Notes under the pieces: model-generated
What the model was told of the DNA's origin: nothing
Databases searched by the model: none
Seen by the model: the letters and a program-made list of their open reading frames with translations, nothing else
Shown here: piece after piece, positions 10,757-23,862 of the stretch
Layout: every line of letters begins with the position of its first letter
Numbering within the stretch: the first letter of the stretch is position 1
Translations under genes and position numbers: made by a program
From: Squalus acanthias
Taxonomy: Eukaryota
Direction of reading: 5' to 3'
Assembly: GCA_030390025.1 (NCBI GenBank)
Contig: CM059432.1
Span: 64,296,001-64,360,000, forward strand
Length of the DNA stretch: 64,000 bases

Positions 10757-12940
10757 AAACATTTAAAAGTTTCTCACCATTTAAAAAATATCTATTTTTC
10801 TATTCTTCCTACCAAAGTGAATAACCTCACATTTCCCTACATTATACTACATCTGCCACCTTATTGCCCACCCACTTAACTTGACTATATCCTTTTGAGG
10901 GCGGGACTCGAAGGCGGGTCAGGTGTTAAACTCGAAATGATTGACATTGGGTTGGAAACCTGCCGCGAACCCGCCTCCATGTGAGTTTCAAGAGTGTTAG
11001 GTCTGTGATTTCACAACAGACCCGACACCAAGCGGCGGGTAAGGGATTTAAGGCAGTTAACTCTTTGTTAAGTGCTTGTTAACTGCTATTTTGAGAGCCT
11101 TTTGCAATTTTCCAACATTTTGATTCGGGTTTCACGACGTTCGGAGATCACGCCAGGTAAGTGTGTCAGGAAGACCAACGAGCTGGAAACTTCACAGCTG
11201 AAACTGCAGTCTAAAAGCTGCACTCTCAAATCTGCTCAATTTCAAATGTCAGAGGTTGCTGATTTCATGATTTGGGATACTGTCTTGCGGCTGTAAGTGT
11301 CTGTTGTTAACTCTATATCCACTGTCACCTGCATTGCTGGACATAAAATGCGCCCTCACCCTTCACTGTGCCACCTCAAATTGGGATCACACAAATGGCA
11401 ACAATGTCAAACGTTCATACAAGATTAATTAATTAATTCCAACATAATAAAAGAACAGAAACATAACATTTAATTCTTTCAGAACACCTAAGTGAGTACC
11501 CTTGTGATCATTTATGTGACAGCTTTCTCTTACACGTGCTTCTACATTGTGCTACCCCTGTGGCTTCAGCAGATGTAGAGACAGCCTGCTCACTTCCCTG
11601 CTGCGCCTGCTTAGACGCCTTTGGTGGTTGTCTTCTGGGTTTTGGAGCCTTTGAAGGCCCCACCAAAGGCTGCTCCTCCTGCAGCTGCACAAGGGCAGAC
11701 TCGGCCATCACTGCTCCGGCAGTCATCTGGGGCACTGACCGAGGGGTTGGCAAGGGGATGGAAGTTGGAGCGCTTGGAGAGGAGCCTCCACTTGCATGTC
11801 GCCTCCCACCATCAACCCTCGCATGGGCCACCCGCACTTCACTGCTAGCAAGTCGCTGGAGAGCACCTTGCTGCACATCAGTGGGGCCATGAGGACCCAT
11901 CTCTATACTGACAATCCTCATAATGGGGATGTCCATGTACCTCTGGTTCCTCTCCACGATAGATGCCCATCTATCCTCCATAGCTGACCATCTATCTAGA
12001 AGAGTCACCATGTTCATTTGAGTCTGGCGATTTATGTCCTCCTTTCCATAGCGGGACCTACATTTGCCATTGCGGCACCAAGGCAGTGTGTTTGAGAAGG
12101 ACTCCTCCATTCTCTGCACACTCGCAGTCACTGTGGTTGCAAACCCAGTCAGAGCCTCCTGCACTTGGCCCTGAAACTCCAGCACCATTTTCTGGATGGC
12201 CCCCGAGGCTCAGCATCTACATGCAGCTGAGCAGAGCGAGGAGCATTCTGCGGCCTCCAACGGGGACTCTCCACTGCTGTCCCTGTCTCCACCATCTGCT
12301 CTTGCTCATTCGTGCGCTGTGATACTCCAGGTGACAACACTACTCTATCTCGCGAATGACCCACCGTGGTGTGCATCACTGCGCTGGTGCTGGGTTCGAT
12401 CATTTCTGCTGACGCTGCTCCCTCAGAGGATGCAGCATCCTCTGAGGAGTCCTCCAGCTCTTCCTTGTGGGCAGTAGGGAGGGGGGCACTTGATGGTCCT
12501 GTGGGAGAGTAAAGACATGTTAGACATGTGATATGTAGATTGCAGACACATCCCATTGTGCACAGGATGAGCATTCAATTTCTAATGACATCAAGTGCCA
12601 TATGTGTCACTCATGGGCACAAATAAGATGGATGGAGAAGCATTCTGTCACCAGGTTGTTAAACTGAGCCCGTCTCTCCGTCCCCCACTTCGAGCTGTTC
12701 CACTGATCCCACAATTTCCAGAGCGGCCACCTCAGCGTTGGTCAGCTGTGATAAGGATGGTGGTCCTCCTCCTGTTCTCTCTCTCCCTCTTATTGTGGGC
12801 TCTCTTTTCCTGCAACGAGGGAAAGAAGTGGTGTTTCAGTGAGAGTGATGGAATGAGTCATAGAGTCATAGAGTCATACGGCACAGAAGGAGGCCATTCG
12901 GCCCATCGAGCCCATGCCAGCTCTCTGTAGAGCAATCCAG

Positions 12941-15542
12941 TCAGTCCCATTCCCCCACTCTATCCCCGTAGCCCTGCAAGTTTATATCCCTCAAGTGCCT
13001 ATCCAGTCTCCCCTTGAAAACATTGAGTGTCTCCGCTTCCACCACTTCCGTCGGCAGTGAATTCGACATCCTCACCACTCGCTGCGTAAAAAAGCTTTTC
13101 CTCACATCCCCCCTGTATCTCTTGCCCAAAACCTTAAATCTGTGTTCCCTAGTCCTTCTACCATCAACTAGTGGGAACATCCTTTCCCCGTCTAGCCTAT
13201 CCAAACCCGTCATAATCTTGTACACCTCTATCAAATCACCCCTCAACCTCCTTTGCTCTAATGAAAATAAATCCAGCTTCTCCAACCTGTCCTTGTAGTT
13301 AAGATCCCCCATCCCCGAAACCATTCTGGTAAATCTCCTCTGCACCCTCTCAAGGGCCTTCACATCCTTCCTAAAGTGTGGTGACCAGAACTGGATGCAA
13401 TACTCCAGTTGTGGCCTAACCAGCGCTTTATAAAGGTTCAGCATAACTTCTCTACTTTTGTACTCAATACCTCTATTTATGAAGCCCAAGATCCCATATG
13501 CTTTGCTAACCACTCTCTCAATATGCCCTGCCACCTTCAGGGATCTATGCACATTAACTCCCAGGTCCCTCTGTCCCTGCACACTCTTTAAAACTGTGCT
13601 AATAAGTGTATATTGCCTCTCCCTGTTCCTTCTGCCAAAATGTATCACCTCACACTTCTCTGTATTAAATTCCATCTGCCACTTGTCTACCCATTCTGCT
13701 GGCCTTTCTATGTCCTGTTGCAGTCGATTGGTGTCATCCTCACTGTTTGCCATACCCCCAAGTTTGGTGTCATTGGCAAATTTAGAAATTATACTTTGTA
13801 TTCCAATATCCAGGTCATTTATATATATCACAAAAAGTAGTGGACCCAGCACTGATCCTTGGGGTCACCACTGTCTACCATCCTCCTGTCTGAAAAATAG
13901 CCATTTACCACAACTTGTTGTTTTGTGTCCTTAAGCCAATTCTTTATCCAAGCTGACACTGACCCACCTATTTCATGAGCCTCAATTTTCTATGTGGTAC
14001 TTTGTCAAATGCCTTCCGAAAATCCATGTAGACAACATCTGTTGCATTCCTTTATTCAATCCTCTCTGTTACTTCATCAAAAAATTCAATTAGATTAGTC
14101 AAACACGATCTGCATTTTACAAATCCGTGTCGGTTCTCCTTAATTAGCTTAAAACTCTCCAAGTGCCCGTTATTTTTTTCCTTGATTATTTTTTCTAAAA
14201 CTTTACCCACCACTGATGTAAAACTGACCAGCCTGTAGTTACTAGGATTATCCTTACACCCTTTCTTGATCAATGGTGTCACATTTGCCACTTTCCAATC
14301 CTCAGGCAGCTCCTCTGCATCTAGGGAAGATTGGAAAATTATGGCAATCCCTTCCGCTATCTCCTCCCCCAATTCCCTTAGCAATCTGGGATGCAAGCCA
14401 TCTGGACCAGGCGACTTATCCACTCTAAGCATACCCAGCCTTTCTAGTACAACCTGTCTATCAATTTTCACCCCTTCCATTGCTTCTACCTTTTCCACTT
14501 CTACCGATATTTTGTCAGCATCCACCTCCTTAGTAAATACCGATACAAAGTACTCATTGAGTATTCTTGTCTTGCCCTGCGTCTCTAAGCATATATCACC
14601 TTCTTTGTCTCTAATAGGCCGCACCCCGCCTCTTACTACCCACTTACTGTTTACATGCCGGGAGAAGATTTTTGGATTCCCTTTTATGTTAACCGCCATT
14701 CTACTCTGATATTCTTTCTTTGCCAATCTTATTTTCATCTTCACTTCCCCTTTCAACTTATTTTATTTGGTCTGGTTCTCCCTTGAAGAATTCACCTGAC
14801 ATGCATCATACACCCTCTTTTTTTGTTTCATCATCTTCTCTATCTCCCTCGTCATCCAAGGAGCCCTTGCTTTGGTTCCCTTACCCTTCCCTCTTTTTGG
14901 AATGTACCTAGCCTGTACTTGGAACATCTCCTCCTTAAAGATCACCCATTTGTTCCATTTTACTCTGGCTAGATCCTTTCGCATCCCATTGAAATTAGCC
15001 CTATTCCAGTTTAGAAGTTCCACTCTAGATTGTTCCTTGCTCCTCTCCATTGCTAATCTAAATCTTATGATACGATGATCACTCATACCCAAGTGTTCTC
15101 CCACAGATACTTGGTCGACCTGGCCCACCTCATTCCCCTGCACCAGATCCAGCAATGCCTCCTTCCTAGTTGGGCCAAGAACATACTGGTCAAGGAAATT
15201 CCCCTGAACACATTTCAGAAATTCCTCCCCCTCCTTTCCCTTTACCCTAGCATTATCCCAATTGATATTTGGGTAATTAAAGTCCCCCAATATCACCACT
15301 CTATAGCTCTTGCATATCTCTGCGATTTCCCTGCAGATTTGCTCCTCTACCTCTCTGTCGCTATTTGGAGGCCTATAGAATATCCTCAATAATGTGATCA
15401 TTCCCTTTTTGCTCCTCATCTCTAACCAAATGGATTCTGTCCTTGTCCCCTCAAGAACATCCTCCCTTTCGAACACTACAATGTCTTCCTTAACCTTATT
15501 CACCACACTTTGTGCGTTTATGTACATGCATTCTAAACCCAT
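12941..15542 (-). pseudogene. CR1 ORF2 (APE endonuclease + reverse transcriptase), frameshifted
   Basis: ILGDFNYP, SDH, KSPGPDG, LGPLLFVIYINDL, SKFANDTK. Confidence 0.9.
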
Positions 15543-15699
15543 TTTTGAATTTTTCGTAGTCTTTCATTGTCTGCTCCTATCTAATATGGTACTACTTCCG
15601 CCTCTAGTGCTACTTTCTTCTCTAGTACTATCCAACACACTCACTCTTTTATGCACCTTATTTCTCTTTTTTACTCCTATATGCTGGTGCCCATCCCCC

Positions 15700-16640
15700 T
15701 GCCAAGCTAGTTTAAAACCCTCCCCAACAGCACTAGCAAACCTCCCCGCAAGAATATTGGTCCCGGCTCTGTTGAGGTGTAACTCGTCCGGCTTGTACAG
15801 GTCTCACCTTCCCCAGAAATGGTCCCAATGCCTCAGGATTCTAAAGCCCTCCCTCCTGTACCATCTCTCCAGCCCACATTCATCTGTTCTATCCTCCTAT
15901 TCCTGTACTCACTAGCACATGGCACCGGAAGTAATCCAGAGATTACTACCTTTGAGGTCCTGCTTTTTAATCTCTCTCCTAGCTCCCTAAACTCTGCCTG
16001 CAGGATCTCATCCCTCTTTCTGCCTATGTTGTTGGTACCAATATGGACAATGACCTCTTGCTATCCACCCTCCTCAGCGTGTCCTACAGCCGCTCAGTGA
16101 CATCCTTGACCCTGGCACCAGGGAGGCAACATATCATACTGGGGTCACCACAGCGGCTGCAGAAACACCTGTCTGCTCTCCTAACTATCGAATCCCCTAC
16201 CACTATTGCTCTTCCACTCTTTTTCCTCCCCCCCGTGCAGCTGAGCCACCCGTGGTGCTGTGGACTTAGCTTGGGCTGCACAGCCCAGAGGAACCATCGC
16301 CCCCACCAGTACTCAGAACAGAATACTGGTTGGAGAGTGAGATGCACTCCGGGGACTCCTGCACTACCTGCCTGGTCTTCCTCTTCTGTTTGGCGGTTAC
16401 CCATTCCCTCTCTGCCTGCATACTCTTAAGCTGCGGGGTGGCCACCTCTAGAAACGTGCTATCGACGTAGCTCTCAGCCTTGCGGATGCTCCGCAGTGAC
16501 TCCAGCCGCTGCTCAAGCTCCGAAACACGGACCTCGAGCTGCCGTAGCTGGTGACACTTCCTGCACATGTGGTCGTCCAGGCTACGCGAAGCGTCCAGGA
16601 CTTACCACATGCACTCCACGGGACTGAGCTGCCCTGCCAT
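15700..16640 (-). pseudogene. CR1 ORF1 (zinc finger, leucine zipper, SGNH esterase-like)
   Basis: CRKCHQLRQLEVRVSELEQRL; IVVGDSIVR; CCLPGARVKD. Confidence 0.85.
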
Positions 16641-17859
16641 GCCTCTATTTAATAGACTAAGAGCTAACTTAGCAGAATTAATCTTAAAACTTAAAAAAAA
16701 CACTCACCAGCTACTGACCATTCAGCTCCTTCTCTGTGCCGACGTCATTTTTTGTACTCTGATGTCACTCTTTCAGATTCTGCCTCTGTTGAGTTGCTGC
16801 CTGTCTCGCTTTGCTCCCACTCTGGTCTCGCCCAGGTCCGCTGCCTCCTCTCAAATAAGTCTAGACTTATTTTATTTATTTAATTAGTTAAAGTCTTTAA
16901 TCAATGATTATTTGTAGTTATATTAATTAGTTTAACTAGTTAAGCTATAAATTCAATACAGTATGTTATAGTTTCTCGATCCTAGTTTAAACCACTGTCC
17001 GAGGTTAGAGAGTAAAAAAAAAACCTTAATACTCACCAACCAATCACCTACCTGTTGTCCTGTGATGTCACACCTTGTTTTTTTAGACTCCTGGATTTTT
17101 TTCCTCTCTGCTCCGGTTCCTGGCTCGGTCCGCTCCGCCTCGGCTGCTCGCAGTGAGTTCAGGCCCCTCTACGACAGTGCTCTTTATTTACTGGGCTCTG
17201 CTCCAGTTCCCAGCTAGGTCCGCTCCTCCTCAGCTGCTCGCTTGAGTGTACAGAATGGATATGATAGATGTTTAGAGGGAGACTGTGAAGGAGTGGTTTC
17301 CCATAACGAAGTTCCCTCCTTTTGAGTTGTTAGTTGTTGTCAGTGCATAACCTTGAGGGTGGGGGTGAGGGGTGCATATTAAGATGGGGAAGTGAATCTG
17401 TGCTTAGGGAGAGAGGGATGGGGAATGGTGCAAGGGATGTTGGGGTGAGTTAGGATGTGCAGGAGTAGGGATGGCAATGCAGAGTGATGGAGTTGTGATG
17501 ACAGGCACAGCAGAATTCAGGTAAGTGCCCGATTATACTCACTTTTCCAGAACGCAGGAAATCATTGAACCTTTTCCTGCATTGGACTCAGGTGTGTCTA
17601 TACACAGACCTGGCACTGACCTCCTCAGCTATTCACAGCCAGGCTGCCTTTGTCTGCTGAGGAGGTTTCCTTCTTCCATCAGTTGGGTACAGGACCTCCT
17701 GATGTCCTCTGACTCCCTCCACAAGAACATGGAGGGAGTCCTTGTTAAAGCAGGGAGCTGCCTTTTGTCTCTCTGCAGACATCGTGGTGAGCAGCAGCAG
17801 TCAGAAGCACCAGTAACGACCTGAAATCTAATGGGGAAATGGCCCCCTTAAATGCACCG

Positions 17860-18490
17860 GCTGCACATAAATACTGTGGCAACAAGAGCAGGTCAGAGGC
17901 TAGGTATTCTGCGGCGAGTGTCTCACCTCCTGACTCCCCAAAGCCTTTCCACCATCTACAAGGCACAAGTAAGGAGTGTGATGGAATACTCTCCACTTGC
18001 CTGAATGAGTGCAGCTCCAACAACACTCAAGAAACTTGACACCATCCAGGACAAAGCAGCCCGCTTGATTGGCACCCCATCCACCAACTTAAACATTCAC
18101 TCCCTCCACCACCGGCGTACCATGGCTGCAGTGTGTACCATCTACAAGATGCACTGCAACAACTCGCCAAGGCTTCTTCGGCAGCACCACCGAAACCCGC
18201 GACCTCTTCCAGCTAGAAGGACAAGGGCAGCAGGCGCATGGGAACACCACCACCTCCAAGTTCCCCTCCAAGTCACACACCACCCTGACTTAGAAGTATA
18301 TCGCCGATCCTTCATCATTGCTGGGTCAAAATCCTGGAATTCCCCACCTAACAGCACTGTGGGAGTACCATCACCACATGGACTGCAGCGGTTTAAGAAG
18401 GTGGCTCACCACCACCTTCTCAAGGGCAACTAGGGATGGGCAATAAATGCTGGCATTGCCAGCGACGCCCTGATCCCATAAACAAATTTT
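17860..18490 (+). mobile_element. LINE family Z 3' fragment inside the Harbinger element
   Basis: ORF 18005-18433 matches 847-1354. Confidence 0.85.
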
Positions 18491-19308
18491 TAAAAAAACG
18501 TCAGCAGAGCAGTTCAGAAGACCCGCACCTTGTGATGAGGGCGGATAACCCACACGGCGGGCTTAACTAGGCCAAGCAACAAAATGTTGTGTCAGCAGGC
18601 TGGCAGGAACTGGCAGCGGGCCAGGAACCTGCCCACTACCGTTCCCGACGCAAACCTGCCTCCAGGAAGAAAATCACGGCCTTTGTGTCCTCCTCACAAT
18701 TTACTGTCCCACCTAGTTTTGTATCATCAGCAAACTTGGACACATTACGCTCGGTCCCTTCATCTAAGTCATTAATACAGATTGTAAATAGCTGAGGCCC
18801 TAGACACTGATCCTTGCGGCACCCCAGTAGTTACAGCTGCCAACCGGAAAATGATCCATTTATCCCTACTCTCAGTTTCCTGCCTGTTAACCAATCCTAT
18901 ATCCATGCTAGTATATTACCCCAACCCCATGAGCCCTTATCTTGCGTAGCAACCTTTCATGTGGCACCTTATCGAATGCCTTTTGGAAATCCAAATATAC
19001 TACATCCACTGGTTTCCCTTTATCTACCCTGCTAGTTAAGTCCTCAAAAAACTCTAATAAATTTGTCAAACACAATTTTTCTTTCATGTTGACTCTGCTT
19101 AATAATATTATGATTTTCTAAGTGCCCTGTTACCATTTCCTTAATAATGGATTCCAACATTTTCCCGAGAACTGATGTCAGGCTAACTGGCCTGTGGTTC
19201 CCTGTTTTCTCTCTCCCTCATAAGAACATAAGAAATAGGAGCAGGAATAGGCCACTTGGCCCCTCAAGCCTGCTCCGCCATTCAAAAAGATCATGGCTGA
19301 TCTTGGGC

Positions 19309-22110
19309 TCAAAGCCACTTCCCTGCCCGCTCCCCATAACCCTTCACTCCCTTATCTTGCAAAAATATATCTATCTCCACCTTAAATGTATTTAATGACC
19401 CAGCCTCCATGGCTCTCTGGGGCAGAGAATTCCACAGATTTACGACCCTCTGAGAGAAGAAATTCCTCCTCATCTCAGTTCTAAAAGGGTGACCCTTTAT
19501 TCTGAAACTATGCCCCCGAGTTCTAGATTTCCCCACAAAGGGAAACATCCTCTCTGCATCTACCTTTTCAAGCTCAGTATCATATGTTTCAATAAGATCA
19601 CCTCTCATTCTTCTAAATTCCAATGAGTATAGGCCCAACCTGCTCAACCTTTCTTCATAAGTCAACCCCCTCATCTCTGGAATCAACCTAGTGAATCGTC
19701 TCTGAACTGCCTCCAATGCAAGTATATCCTTCTTTAAATAAGGAGACCAAAACTGTACGAAGTATTCAAGGTGTGGTCTCACCAATACCCTGTACAGTTG
19801 TAGGAGGACTTCCCTGCTTTTATACTCCAACCCCCTTGCAATAAAGGCCAACATTCCATTTGCCTTTTTGATTACTTGCTGTACCTGCATGCTAACTTTT
19901 TTTTTTATGCACAAGGACTCCCACGTCCCTCTGAACTGTAGCATTTTGTAATCTCTCTCCATTAAAATAATAATTTGCTTTTTTATTTTTCCTGCCAAAG
20001 TGGATAACCTCGCACTTTCTCATATTATACACCATCTGCCAAATGTTTGCCCACTTACTTAGCCTGTCCATATCCCTTTGCAGATTCTTTGAGTCCTCTG
20101 CACAACTTGCTTTCCCACCCATCTTTGTATCATCCGCAAACTTGGCTACATTACACTCGGTCCCTTCATCCAAGTCATTAATGTAGATTGTAAATAGTTG
20201 AGGCCCCAGCACTGATCCCTGTGGCACCCCACTAGTTACTGTTTGCCAACTGGAAAATGACCCATTTATCCCGACTCTCTGCTTTCTGTTAGCTAGCCAA
20301 TACTCTATCCATGCTATTATATTACGCCCAACTCCATGAGCTCTTATCTTATACAATAACCTTTTATGTGGCACCTTATCAAATGCCTTCTGGAAATCCA
20401 AATACACCACATCCACTGGCTCACCTTTGTCTACCCTGCTCGTTACATCCTCAAAGAACTCCAGCAAATTTGTTAAACATGATTTCCCTTTCATAAAACC
20501 ATGCTGACTCTGCTTGACTGTATTACGATTTTCCAAATGCCCTGCTACTGCTTGCTTAATGAAGGACGCCAGCATTTTCCCAACTACAGATGTTAGGCTA
20601 ACTGGTCTACAGTTTCCTGCTTTCTGTCTCCCTCCTTTCTTAAATAGGTGTGTTACATTTGCGGTTTTCCAATCCGCTGGGACCTCTCCAGAGTCCAGAG
20701 AATTTTGGTATATTGCAACCAATGCATCCACTATTTCTGCAGCCACTTCTTTTAAGACCCTGGGATGCAGGCCATCTGGTCCAAGGGACTTGTCGTCTTT
20801 TAGTCCCATTATTTTACCAAGTACTTTTTCCTTAGAGATAGTGATTGTCTTTAGTTCCCCCCTCCTGTGGCCCCTTGATTATCCATTATTGGGATGTTGT
20901 TAGTGTCTTCTACCGTGAAGACAGATACAAAATATTTGTTCAGAGTCTCTGCCATTTCCCCGTTCCCCATTATTAATTCCCCATTCTCATCCTCTAAGGG
21001 ACCAACGTTTACTTTAGCTACTCTCTTCCTTTTTATATACCTGTAGAAGCTCTTACTATCTGTTTTAATATTTCTTGCCAGTTTACTCTCACAATTCATC
21101 TTCTCTCTCTTTATTCTTTTTTAGTCATCCTTTGCTGGTTTTTAAAAATTTCCCAATCCTCTGGCTTTCCACCAATCTTGGCAACATTGTATGCCTTTGT
21201 TTTCAATTTGATACCATCCTTTACTTCCTTAGTTAGCCACGGATAGTGCTCCCTTCTCTTAAAATCTTTCTTTCTCACTGGAATATATTTTTGTTGAGAG
21301 TTATGAAATATCTCCTTAAATGTCCGCCACTGCATTTCAACTGTCTTACCTTTTAATTTATTTTTCCAGTCCACTTTAGCCAGTTCTGCCCTCATGCCAT
21401 TGTAATTGCCTTTGTTTAAGATCAGGACACTGGTTTGAGATACAACTTTCTCACCCTCCAACTGAATTTGAAATTCAACCATGTTATGATCACTGTTGCC
21501 GAGAGGATCCTTTACTATGAGATCATTTATTAATTCTGTCTCATTACACAGTACCAGATCCAAGATAGCCTGCTCCCTGGCTCGTTCCATTACATACTGT
21601 TCCAGGAAACCATCCTGGATACATTCTATGAACTCCTCCTCAAGGCTACCATGGCCAATTTGATTTGTTTAATCAATATGGAGATTAAAATCACCCATGA
21701 TTATTACCGTACCTTTTTTACAGGCCTCCATTATTTGTTGATTTACACTCTGTCCAACAGTATTGCTACTGTTCGGGGAATCTGTAGACTACGCCCACCA
21801 GAGATTTTTTCCCCTTATTATTTTTTATCTCCACCCAAACCGATTCTACATCTTGATCTTCTGAGCCAATATCACTTCTCACCACTGCACTGATCCCATC
21901 CTTTACCAACAAAGCCACCCCACCTCCCTTTCCTTTCTGTCTATCCTTCCGAATTGTCAAATACCCTGGAATATTCAGTTCCCAGCCCTGGTCACCTTGC
22001 AACCATGTCTCTGTAATGGTGATCAGATCATACCCATTTGTATCTATTTGTGCCATCAACTCATCTATCTTGTTACGAATGTTGCGTGCATTCAGATATA
22101 GTGCTTTTAA
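19309..22110 (-). pseudogene. CR1 ORF2 (APE + RT), frameshifted
   Basis: [40 protein letters not shown]. Confidence 0.92.
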
Positions 22111-22294
22111 CTTTGTCTTTTTACCATTTCTCCTTGTTTTGGCCCCATTTTCTGTTGCATCTTATTTTTAAACATTCTGTCCCTTCCTGTCACACTCTGG
22201 TTATTATTTCCCCCATCTCTATCCTGCTCTATTGTTTTCTCATTTCTCATTGACTTTTTAAATTCCCGCTCACCTGAACACACCCCCCCACTAT

Positions 22295-23231
22295 TTAGTT
22301 TAAAGCCCTCTCTACAGCCCTAGTTATTCGATTCGCCAGGACTCTAGCCCCAGCATGGTTCAAGTGAAGCTCGTCCAAACGGAACAGCTCCCTCTTATCC
22401 CAGTACTGGTGCCAGTGCCCCACAAATCGAAACCTATTTCTCCCACACCAGTCTTTGAGCCACTCGTTCATTTCTCTGATCTTATTTACCCTATGCAAAT
22501 TCGCTCGTGGATCAGGTAGTAATCCAGAGATTATTACCTTTGTGGTTCTGCTTTTTAATTTAGTCGCTAGCTGCTCATACTCCCTCAGCAGAACCTCTTT
22601 CTTTGTCCTACCTATGTCATTAGTACCTTCGTGGACCATGACAACTGGATCTTCCCCCTCCCACTCCAAGTTCCTCTCCAGCCCAGAGGAGATGTCCTTA
22701 ACCCTGGCACCGGGCAGGCAACACAGCCTTCAGGACTCACGCTCTCGGCTACAGAGAACAGTATTTATCCCCCGAACTATACTGTCCCCTATCACTACAA
22801 TATTTCTTTTTACTCCCCCCACTTGAATGGCTCCCTTTACCACGGAGCTGTGGTGAGATTGCTCATCCTCCCTGCAGTCCCTGCCCTCGTCCACACAGGG
22901 AGCAAGAATCTCATACCTGTTGGACGAGGCCAAGGGCTGAGGCTCCTCCATCACGACTTCCTGGATCCTAATACCTGCCTCGCTTGTAGTCACACCCTCC
23001 TGTCCCATGGGCCAAATTGGAAGTAATTACTCTAGTGGGTGTGACTGCCTCCTGAAACTTAGTGTCCAGGTAACGCTCCCCTTCCCTAATGTGTCGCAGT
23101 GTCAGAAGCTCGGACTCCAGCTCATCAACTCTGAGTCGAAGTTCCTCGAGCAACCAACATTTGCTGCAGATGTGGTCGCTGTGGACCTCAATGGTATCCG
23201 CCAGCTCCCACATGCAACAACAACAACACAT
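22295..23231 (-). pseudogene. CR1 ORF1 (zinc finger + SGNH esterase-like)
   Basis: HICSKCWLLEELRLRVDELE; VIGDSIVRG; VHEGTNDIG; DELHLN. Confidence 0.88.
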
Positions 23232-23232
23232 T

Positions 23233-23652
23233 TACAAAAAGAAAATACTGCAGATGCTGGAAATCTGAAATAAAAACAGAAAATGCTGGAGATACTCAGC
23301 AGGTCAGGTAGCATCTGTGAAGAGAGAAAGAGAGTTAACGTTTCAGGTCGATGACCTTTCATCAGAACTGGAAAAAAGCAGGAAATGGAACAGATTTTTA
23401 AGCAAGTGGAGTGGAGAATTAAAGTGACAGGCGACCGGAAGCTCGGGGTCCCCCTTAAGGACTGAACGGAGGTGTTCCGCAAAGCGGTCACCCAATCTGC
23501 ATTTGGTCTCCCCAATGTAGCGGAGACCGCATCGTGAGCAGTGAATACAGTATACTAAATTGCAAGAAGTACAAGTAAATCGCTGTTTCACCTGGAAGGG
23601 TTGTCTGGGGCTCTGGACAGTGGGAAGGGGGGTGGTATAAGGGCATGTGTTG
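23233..23652 (-). mobile_element. Penelope-like element 3' fragment (P2) with GIY-YIG endonuclease and pLTR
   Basis: FTCTSCNLVYCIHCSRCGLRYIGETKCRLGDRFAEH; caacaacacatt duplicated at 23221-23232 and 23653-23664. Confidence 0.9.
23333..23369 (-). ncRNA. minimal hammerhead ribozyme motif
   Basis: Reverse complement: agtt CTGATGA a aggtc atc gacct GAAA cgtt aact; palindromic ACGT stem III. Confidence 0.72.
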
Positions 23653-23784
23653 CAACAACACATTGCCTGGTCTCCCTGCTCAATTAATTAGTTTTTGAAT
23701 ATTTGGAACACGTATATCTTTTAATCTACACCAAGGCACATAAATTTAGATGCCCAAGTTTGGAAAAAAGCAAGAAAGAGAGAA

Positions 23785-23830
23785 ATACTCACCAACCAAT
23801 CATTTACCTGCTTTCTGGTGACGTCACACT
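23785..23830 (-). promoter_or_regulatory. putative CR1 5' UTR motif cluster (CRE TGACGTCA, CCAAT, splice-donor-like sites)
   Basis: tgacgtca at 23819-23826 and ccaat at 23796-23800; similar block at 17028-17073. Confidence 0.4.
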
Positions 23831-23862
23831 TCGATTACTTTTTACTTCTTTACACTCACCGG

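Larger units (their letters stand above)
12856..17240 (-). mobile_element. near-full-length CR1 LINE 'B'
   Basis: (atgactct)n tail; RT ORFs 12941-13852 and 14052-14756; endonuclease 14763-15542; ORF1 16084-16568; repeats in the 5' UTR. Confidence 0.92.
11508..17782 (-). pseudogene. Harbinger Myb/SANT-like DNA-binding protein gene, three exons (17782-17543, 12809-12652, 12498-11508), disrupted
   Basis: Exon 1 reads MSAERQKAAPCFNKDSL...TKAAWL*IAEEVSARSVYRHT*VQCRKRFNDFLRSGK followed by gtgagt; exon 2 starts cag|EKRAHNKRER; exon 3 overlaps ORFs 12149-12574 and 11508-12188. Confidence 0.75.
10898..18681 (-). mobile_element. PIF/Harbinger element carrying a Myb/SANT-like gene; left TIR lost
   Basis: Right TIR aaaatcacggcc at 18670-18681; the left end matches the subterminal region of 8012-8885; CR1-A resumes on both sides. 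Confidence 0.75.
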
